Part shown: positions 58,043-64,000 of the stretch, piece by piece | How positions within the stretch are numbered: the stretch's first letter is position 1 | How the letters are laid out: each line of letters begins with the position of its first letter | Source: a bacterium | GTDB lineage: Bacteria > Patescibacteriota > WWE3 > 2-01-FULL-39-13 > JAACPI01 | Length of the DNA stretch: 64,000 nucleotides | NCBI GenBank assembly: GCA_009995545.1 | Contig: JAACPI010000002.1 | Span: 78,316 to 142,315, forward strand | Reading direction: 5' to 3' | Position numbers and translations under genes: made by a program | Notes under the pieces: generated by a model | What the model was told of the DNA's origin: nothing | Databases searched by the model: none | What the model saw: only the letters and a program-made list of their open reading frames with translations

Positions 58043-58789
58043 TTAGTCTAATTCTGCCAAAATTATGTACCGAAATTTCTTTGATCCTGGCGGGGTACAA
58101 GTCATGAGTGTTACAGTAGATTTGTTGTATAAAGAAGCGTAATATACACCGTAAGGATTTACCTCTGCGGGCAACATTTCTTTTTCTACCCTTACTGTAT
58201 AAGAATAATCAACGTCTTTATAAGTAATAATAATCTTATCACCCGGATCCAAGTCAGGAATTTTAGTAAATATTGTCTTATAATTAGTAGGATCATAAAA
58301 GATCGGCATAGAGGAATGGCCAAAAATAAAACTATTACCGACCTCTCCGGGTAAGGAAGTCCCCCGGTAATGTCCCAATGCCTCATCGGGCTTCATATTT
58401 TCTGACTCAGCATCAACTTGTGCTTTTTCTATGCCCAACTTAGGGATACTTAGGTAAAAATACTCGGGAACATCTGCCATATCTACACTCTGTATATCCC
58501 AAGAACTAGGGTTTAGCTCCTCGAAGTAAAAGTTATCGTTTATACCACTATAGACGTAACTTAAAACATTTCCTTGAAAGGGTTTAATAAACTTATTACC
58601 TTCCGGATCGTACGTATATGAAAGGACCGACGGGGCTAGAACTAAATAAGCAAAAACGAATAAACCACTAAACAAAAATATATTAGAAAGTGCGAGAAGC
58701 TTATTCGCCTTTTTATGCTTAAGATTCTTCGCATTAAGGGTTTCTTTTTTATATACTTTAATATGTTTGTTAAGGCAGTTCGAAATCAT
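58043..58789 (-). CDS. Sortase (transpeptidase), membrane-anchored
   Basis: 248 aa. N-terminal TM. Catalytic His block FIFGHSS, TLMTC active-site Cys motif (sortase 'TLxTC'), and a downstream Arg. Confidence 0.75.
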   Translation of the reverse strand: MISNCLNKHIKVYKKETLNAKNLKHKKANKLLALSNIFLFSGLFVFAYLVLAPSVLSYTYDPEGNKFIKPFQGNVLSYVYSGINDNFYFEELNPSSWDIQSVDMADVPEYFYLSIPKLGIEKAQVDAESENMKPDEALGHYRGTSLPGEVGNSFIFGHSSMPIFYDPTNYKTIFTKIPDLDPGDKIIITYKDVDYSYTVRVEKEMLPAEVNPYGVYYASLYNKSTVTLMTCTPPGSKKFRYIILAELD

Positions 58790-58800
58790 AGGCAGGAAAA

Positions 58801-59472
58801 TTAATTCGCAAGGTAAGATAACAAAGAACTTAGAATCACTCGGGAGCTCCCCCCACTTTTAATTTTGTAATCAGCCTCACTTAATGCAAATATAACATTT
58901 TTTGTCTTACTAATCGAAGTTTTTTTAGCTAGAGAAGAAACTTTAGACTGAACGTAAGGATTTAATTTCTGAAAATCTGACGGGCTGTAGTAATATTTTA
59001 GTAAATTCTTAAGCATATAGAAGATCATAGTTATTACATAGTTTTCCTTTTGCTCGGCCAGATAAGGTTCTAATAAGGAAAGAGATTTTGCTAAATTCAT
59101 TTCAAAAATAGAGTCTACCAATTTGAATATGTTCTCATCTACAGAAATATTTTTAGCGATTGCGTTATCAAACTTTTTAACTTTGGCTTTTAAATCATTA
59201 GAATAGTCTACTAAAACTAAATGGTTAAAATCTTTCCCCAATGTAACCTTTAATAAAATTTCAAATTCGGAAAAATCCTTAATTTGGTTAACTTCTAGGT
59301 TGTATAAAATTTTTGGTTTGGAGGTATTTGAGTCAAAAAGACCTTTATTTTGAATCTTAAACAGTAGGGAGCTAGGGGTACAAATACAACCCTCATAACC
59401 GGAGTCTGTATAATTAATTTTTACATATTCATCTACAAGTTCTACGTTATCACCGTAAACAAGAGTTAGCAT
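58801..59472 (-). CDS. Possible DNA polymerase III delta subunit (HolA-like), short
   Basis: 223 aa. N-terminal LTLVYGDNVELVDEYVK resembles the HolA 'yllyGed.yl' start. Weak. Confidence 0.35.
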   Translation of the reverse strand: MLTLVYGDNVELVDEYVKINYTDSGYEGCICTPSSLLFKIQNKGLFDSNTSKPKILYNLEVNQIKDFSEFEILLKVTLGKDFNHLVLVDYSNDLKAKVKKFDNAIAKNISVDENIFKLVDSIFEMNLAKSLSLLEPYLAEQKENYVITMIFYMLKNLLKYYYSPSDFQKLNPYVQSKVSSLAKKTSISKTKNVIFALSEADYKIKSGGSSRVILSSLLSYLAN

Positions 59473-59477
59473 AGTTC

Positions 59478-60602
59478 TTAGGGGCTCTCAGATTCCAGGC
59501 TGTCAGCTGCCTTTGAGTACAAATATTCATTTACAAAATTAACTATAGAGGTGCTTTCTTTTGGCACTAAAACATATAAGCCTTGGTACAAGTCTGGGTC
59601 CCCCTGAACCAGTATGGAACCAGGGTTTTCAGATCCTCCAGCCTGTATAACTGCGGAACCTACGCTAAAATTCTTAGCATCCGGTAAATAGGGTATTGTA
59701 AGCATAAGTTCATTCACAGAAAAATCAGTTTCTACAGTTCTAGTCAAAGAAAGGTATAATTCCCTAATTTTTGAGGGATTGGATAAAACTCCCAAACTTA
59801 GGGCTTGGTTAATTATTCCTGAAATTATTAAGTGTTGTCTCTTTGCCCTAGCAAAGTCACTTCCTTGATTACTGTCCCCACTGTGTCTAGACCTAGCGTA
59901 TTTCAACGCCATTTCTCCAGACAGGTGAATTTTACCTTCTTCAAAATTTAACACTTCGAATCTGCACGGAAAGTCGCTATCAGTAACAGCTACGTCGTCA
60001 AGAGTAGCCTCATTATTCTCTTTTTTTAATTCCTCCAACCTAGATTCTTTGATCTTCTTGATATCGACTCCGCACTCCTCATTCTCCCAGCCAAATTTTG
60101 GATAAAAGTAGTCTGTAAAAGCTACAGGGTTTTCAACTTCTATGCCCCCTAAGGTGTCAACGAGACCTTCGAACGCAGTAAAGTCAACCTTGGCAGTATA
60201 ATGTATCTTTATCCCTAAAACACTCTCTAGTGTAGATTTAAGAGCTTCTAGCCCATTAACTGTCATAACCTCATTAATTTTGCTACCACGACCCTCAACA
60301 ACAACCCAAAGATCGCGAGGAATAGATATCAATTTGATATCCTTGGTTAAGGGATTTATGGAGGCAATTATCATAGTGTCAGTTAAAGTTCCTGTTTGAA
60401 TATACTTATCTTCCCTTTTATCTATACCAATTACTAAAACATTTGTACGGCCTTCAGAGCTTTTTAGTTCTTTTTTTGCACCAAAGTCGGATACGAACTC
60501 CGCAGAACCTCGAATTGAGGGGATTAAAGACATTACCCCAAACACTAAACCCACCAATATTAAAACACCCACTAAAAATATTTTCCAATTTTTTTTAAAC
60601 AT
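59478..60602 (-). CDS. LytR-CpsA-Psr (LCP) family cell-envelope phosphotransferase
   Basis: 374 aa. N-terminal TM. NVLVIGIDKRED...DTMIIASINPLTKDIKLISIPRDLWV is the LCP core signature. Confidence 0.8.
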   Translation of the reverse strand: MFKKNWKIFLVGVLILVGLVFGVMSLIPSIRGSAEFVSDFGAKKELKSSEGRTNVLVIGIDKREDKYIQTGTLTDTMIIASINPLTKDIKLISIPRDLWVVVEGRGSKINEVMTVNGLEALKSTLESVLGIKIHYTAKVDFTAFEGLVDTLGGIEVENPVAFTDYFYPKFGWENEECGVDIKKIKESRLEELKKENNEATLDDVAVTDSDFPCRFEVLNFEEGKIHLSGEMALKYARSRHSGDSNQGSDFARAKRQHLIISGIINQALSLGVLSNPSKIRELYLSLTRTVETDFSVNELMLTIPYLPDAKNFSVGSAVIQAGGSENPGSILVQGDPDLYQGLYVLVPKESTSIVNFVNEYLYSKAADSLESESP

Positions 60603-61258
60603 TATATAGAAGATTTAATTAACCTTATTAGATTCTCTACCTTAAGCGCATAACTAGAAACCAAAAAACCGGATAAAAATTTAGAATCCATTAAAGAATT
60701 AATATTATCTAGGGAAACACTACCCCCGTAGAGTAACTTTGGCTTGATCGTAAATTTTTTATAGAAATTTTCTATATCTGTAGAGGAGCTAGCTTCAGAT
60801 TTACCTATATGTGTGGGGTCCTCAAAAGCAATAAGAGTAGAATCTTTAACCGGAATACCCACCGACCGGGGATCGTAACCTTTTAAGCAGATTATGGGGT
60901 GTATTTTGTGCTCCGCTAGGTGAGATAACTTTTCCTTTAGCTCTGAACCTACTAAGATATCCTCGGGTATAGTTTCACTGTGGTTAACGATACAGTAGTC
61001 AACTATGCCCTCTAGATGTGAGGCAGAAACTCCCCCGGTATGACTACCTTCTTTGTAAGAAGATACGTCTTGGGCCCCGATAAAAACCCTTTCGTAACTA
61101 CCTAATTCATTTTTAAAGAGCATTAGATAGGGAAAAGGGGGACACAGTATTAAATCTATCCCCAGTCTCTGATTTTTAAGAAATTTGGAAAGTTCTGAGA
61201 CATAATGTCGATACTCCGCTATGTTTAGATTTTGTTTGAAATTTACAATTAGATACAT
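60602..61258 (-). CDS. tpiA: Triosephosphate isomerase (short, 218 aa)
   Basis: IVNFKQN (N-K-x-N), GAQDVS...GSHTGGVSASHLEGIVDYCIVNHSE (catalytic His/Glu block), YGGSV (phosphate loop). Confidence 0.8.
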   Translation of the reverse strand: MYLIVNFKQNLNIAEYRHYVSELSKFLKNQRLGIDLILCPPFPYLMLFKNELGSYERVFIGAQDVSSYKEGSHTGGVSASHLEGIVDYCIVNHSETIPEDILVGSELKEKLSHLAEHKIHPIICLKGYDPRSVGIPVKDSTLIAFEDPTHIGKSEASSSTDIENFYKKFTIKPKLLYGGSVSLDNINSLMDSKFLSGFLVSSYALKVENLIRLIKSSI

Positions 61259-61259
61259 T

Positions 61260-62156
61260 TTATAATAATCCTGTTATTGAATTTTTAATTTTTAGTTCTT
61301 CGATTTTATTATACGTATTCTTTATCATCTCGCCAGACATATCTGAAAAGGATTCTAAAAAATCGTGGGTGTAGCCCAAGCCAAGAACAGAAAAACAGGA
61401 GAAAACAGTAGGTATATCTCTATAAATAGATTCTGCATAGACACAGGACAATAGGGATCTGGGAAGAAGAGGAGAATTACCACTCTCGGGAGAATGGGAT
61501 AGAGCACAGCCTACCGGACAGCCTAAACAGGAGGGGCTATTGGATTTCTTTACACCCAGCTCTTTTATTCTTGAATTTAGTAGTTGTACTACCTCCCAGT
61601 AAGCATCTCTATCAGGTATAGGTACCTCTCCCACAGCAGAAAAAGTTAGGCCCACAAGATTATTAGATATTTCTGTACGAGGAACCCCGTAACTAAAGTA
61701 CTCATCACTAATAATTGTTTTTTTAAACAACACGGAGGACCTACGTCCCGTAAGCCCGAATTCTCTGCTATTAAAAGAGTCCAACACATCTATAAAACTC
61801 ACACCCCGAGGAGTTATATCTAAATATAAAGGGACTAAAGACTCTCCGAATATTTCTATAGAAATTACGTTAGAAAAATTCATTAAAGAACCTAAAGATC
61901 CCCCACCGATATATTTGTTAACAGACATACCCATCGAAAAATGCATTATCAAAGATTTAGAAGTAAAGGGGAATAGACCGTTAAGCGGTCCGGTATTCAG
62001 GGACATATAATTTTGCATTTTGTAGGTACCAGTTAAATACTCATTTAGGAGGGCGTAAGCTAGGGGTTCCCCACCGATATACTGATCACTAACCCGGGAG
62101 GAAACTATTGAAAACTCCCTAGAGGTGAGGTCTATTTTTATTATCTTAGGATTCAT
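61260..62156 (-). CDS. Aldehyde:ferredoxin oxidoreductase N-terminal-domain protein (mini-AOR; lacks the ~400-aa catalytic domains), Cys-rich C-terminus
   Basis: 298 aa. KIIKIDLTSREFSIVS...YIGGEPLAYALLNEY...NTGPLNGLFPFTSKS follows the AFOR_N pattern (riL.vdLt.g...GGrgl...L..GPltG...P.s.r). C-terminal SPSCLGCPVGCALSH. Confidence 0.5.
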   Translation of the reverse strand: MNPKIIKIDLTSREFSIVSSRVSDQYIGGEPLAYALLNEYLTGTYKMQNYMSLNTGPLNGLFPFTSKSLIMHFSMGMSVNKYIGGGSLGSLMNFSNVISIEIFGESLVPLYLDITPRGVSFIDVLDSFNSREFGLTGRRSSVLFKKTIISDEYFSYGVPRTEISNNLVGLTFSAVGEVPIPDRDAYWEVVQLLNSRIKELGVKKSNSPSCLGCPVGCALSHSPESGNSPLLPRSLLSCVYAESIYRDIPTVFSCFSVLGLGYTHDFLESFSDMSGEMIKNTYNKIEELKIKNSITGLL

Positions 62157-62391
62157 TAGTATCTACAATTTCTTCAAGATCAAAACACCCCCTAGGACAA
62201 GAGTTAACGACGACAGGATAGTCAGTCTTTGTTCCCTGATCAAGTAGTATTTTAAATTTTTTCCCATCTCGAACAATTTTAACGAACGAAGAATCTAGGT
62301 CTACTTTGTCACTCTTAGATAAGGAGGCATAAAGAGCGCATATCTTACAACCTATACAGCTATCCTCCTTTATTACCCTAAGTCTTTTCAT
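62146..62391 (-). CDS. Small ferredoxin-like Cys-cluster protein
   Basis: 81 aa. CIGCKICALYAS (CxxCxxC) plus distal NSCPRGC (C-P). Overlaps the mini-AOR start by 11 nt. Confidence 0.4.
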   Translation of the reverse strand: MKRLRVIKEDSCIGCKICALYASLSKSDKVDLDSSFVKIVRDGKKFKILLDQGTKTDYPVVVNSCPRGCFDLEEIVDTNES

Positions 62392-62401
62392 AGTTTATTT
62401 A

Positions 62402-62728
62402 CTAAACCTGGGCAAAATGTCCTTTAACCCACTCTTCAAAACTTTCTTTAGGCATTGCCCCCATCTTACGATCTATCTCTTTACCTTCTTTATCTATCAC
62501 AACAAAAGTAGGTATGCTCATAACACCAAATTTCTGAGCCTGTGCGGGATCTTCATCAACGTTAACCTGTTTAAAGTTAATTTTGCTACCATGACTAGAT
62601 TTTAAAGATTCAAAAACTGGTTTCATAGCAATACAGGGACCACACCAATCAGCATAAAAGTCTATTAAAGTATTCATAATAAATAAGGTAAATTTAAAAT
62701 AACTAAAACATGTAATATTATATAGCAA
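62402..62728 (-). CDS. trxA: Thioredoxin (canonical WCGPC)
   Basis: 108 aa. FYADWCGPCIAMKPVFESL. Confidence 0.85.
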   Translation of the reverse strand: MLYNITCFSYFKFTLFIMNTLIDFYADWCGPCIAMKPVFESLKSSHGSKINFKQVNVDEDPAQAQKFGVMSIPTFVVIDKEGKEIDRKMGAMPKESFEEWVKGHFAQV

Positions 62729-62834
62729 TCTTAAGACAAAATACTTAGCTATCTGAGCCTAGTATTTTTCTAAAGCATCTAATACATTATACCAGGTAAA
62801 AATTATAATTTTATTTAACCAAAAAAATTGACCG

Positions 62835-63791
62835 ATGAAAAATAATAAAATCCTGTACTTCAGTCTTATAATTTTCTTGTTAACGAACTTTTTACCCTAT
62901 AAAAAGAGCTCTATTGTTGCTATTAAACCTTTAATAAGCTCAAAACAAGCACCAATTCAACCAAAAAATTCTAAATACTTAGAAGAAAATGCTGTTTCTT
63001 TTGAACCAGACAGCGGAATTAGTGAAGAATTAGAAATACAAGCAGAAGCGGCAATTGTTATAGATATGAACAGCAAAAAGGTACTTTATGAAAAAAGTGC
63101 AAACATTAAAAAACCCGTGGCAAGCCTTGTAAAGATGATGACAGCAATAGTGACCAGTGAGTATTTAAATTTGAACGATACAGTAACTGTTTCTAAAAAA
63201 GCTTCAGAAGTAGGAGAAAATTCCCTGGAATTGAATGAAGGAGAGGAGTTTACTGTAGAGGATTTACTTTACGGACTAATACTAAATTCAGCCAATGACG
63301 CGGCAGTCGCTTTGGCTGAAAAAACTGCAGGAAATGAGGAGAATTTCGTTACAATCATGAATCATAAGGCGAAACTAATAGGGGCCGAAGACACACTCTT
63401 TTCAGATAGCTCAGGATTAAATGAAAAGAGAGCAAATTACTTTTCCACAGCCGAAGATTTAGCAAAAATTGCCTATTACTCGCAAATTAATCACGAAGAA
63501 TTAAAAGAAATTTATAAAACAGTAAATTGGGAAATACCTAGTAATGAGAAACACGGATACAGGTTCTTAGAAAATCAAACTAATCTACTTACGACTTACC
63601 CTGGTGTTCAGGGTATGAAGACAGGATATACCGAGGATTCGGGACTATGCCTAGTTAGTTACGCTAACAATCAAGGCAAAGAAGTAATCACAGTAGTTCT
63701 AAATAGCCCAGATAGAAAAGGAGATGCTATACTTCTTCTGGACTTTGCCTACAAAAAATTAGGAATAGAGATAAATCACCCCTTACTTTAG
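62835..63791 (+). CDS. D-alanyl-D-alanine carboxypeptidase (S11, PBP5/6-like), second copy
   Basis: 318 aa. SxxK (ASLVKMMTA), SxN (LNSANDAA), KTG (MKTGYTEDSG). N-terminal signal/anchor. Confidence 0.8.
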   Translation: MKNNKILYFSLIIFLLTNFLPYKKSSIVAIKPLISSKQAPIQPKNSKYLEENAVSFEPDSGISEELEIQAEAAIVIDMNSKKVLYEKSANIKKPVASLVKMMTAIVTSEYLNLNDTVTVSKKASEVGENSLELNEGEEFTVEDLLYGLILNSANDAAVALAEKTAGNEENFVTIMNHKAKLIGAEDTLFSDSSGLNEKRANYFSTAEDLAKIAYYSQINHEELKEIYKTVNWEIPSNEKHGYRFLENQTNLLTTYPGVQGMKTGYTEDSGLCLVSYANNQGKEVITVVLNSPDRKGDAILLLDFAYKKLGIEINHPLL

Positions 63792-63800
63792 ATAATAACA

Positions 63801-64000
63801 ATGAACGAAATATTAAATACACTAAATCCTGAACAGCTCGCCGCTGCAAAACATATGGAGGGGGCAGCACTAGTACTTGCGGGTCCCGGTAGCGGAAAGA
63901 CCCGAGTCTTGACTCACCGAATAGCAAATTTAATAGACTCAGGAGTTAGTCCAGACCAGATAATTGCTATTACCTTTACAAACAAAGCAGCCTCGGAGAT
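63801..64000 (+). CDS. UvrD/PcrA-family ATP-dependent DNA helicase, 5' fragment (continues beyond window)
   Basis: [45 protein letters not shown] has the superfamily-1 helicase Q-motif and Walker A GPGSGKT. Confidence 0.75.
   Translation, partial: MNEILNTLNPEQLAAAKHMEGAALVLAGPGSGKTRVLTHRIANLIDSGVSPDQIIAITFTNKAASE

Noticed and set aside
1-64000. Alternative genetic code (UGA=Gly, code 25) as seen in some CPR lineages
   Set aside because: TGA terminates well-supported genes exactly where homology ends (e.g. the 211..453 ORF and several ribosomal and enzyme genes end at TGA/TAA/TAG with normal lengths). Long ORFs are intact under code 11.
1-64000. CRISPR array, rRNA, tRNA
   Set aside because: No regularly spaced direct repeats of 24-48 nt were found by eye in any spacer. 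No rRNA-like conserved blocks. Intergenic regions lack the GTTCRANYC T-loop box in a tRNA-like context. A proper tRNAscan or Rfam run is still advisable.

Overview
The window is low-GC DNA (about 30-37% overall, intergenic regions lower) that is densely packed with short genes. Many core enzymes are truncated: AlaRS is 604 aa, AspRS is 468 aa with no GAD insertion, and TIM is 218 aa. This pattern fits a reduced-genome bacterium of the CPR/Patescibacteria type. The standard genetic code applies, since TGA is used as a stop. I found no rRNA, no convincing tRNA and no CRISPR array. Recognisable housekeeping genes include trxA (two copies), alaS, ruvX, aspS, recJ, pyk, rpoB-rpoC-rpsL-rpsG, mltG, secDF, ftsK, lepA, murJ, rpsT, tpiA, an LCP protein, two DacA-like carboxypeptidases and the 5' end of a uvrD/pcrA helicase. 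The regions of most interest are listed below.
- At 10.7-11.6 kb and 12.9-18.1 kb there is a block of genes with higher GC (about 40-43%). It starts with a PP2C-type phosphatase and continues into a run of unrecognisable, tightly packed minus-strand genes.
- At 3173-5859 an FtsA/PilM-like actin-fold ATPase is translationally coupled to a 517-aa bitopic membrane protein with a long charged ectodomain.
- At 55.4-58.8 kb a sortase module has a substrate with a non-canonical VPSTG sorting signal and a partner protein with a dockerin-like Ca-binding motif.
- An Erm/KsgA-family rRNA methyltransferase sits where fusA normally follows rpsG.
- Beside tpiA there is a 298-aa protein carrying only the N-terminal domain of aldehyde:ferredoxin oxidoreductase, coupled to a small ferredoxin-like protein.
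- A cytoplasmic M23-like peptidase lies next to an Elp3-like radical-SAM/GNAT enzyme. It is followed by a roughly 50%-GC two-TM mini-protein with an internal FGDMA repeat.
- A HAD hydrolase is split by a frameshift.
- A 321-nt ORF-free spacer carries a C9 homopolymer tract.
All functional calls rest on motif recognition by eye, so confidences are moderate.
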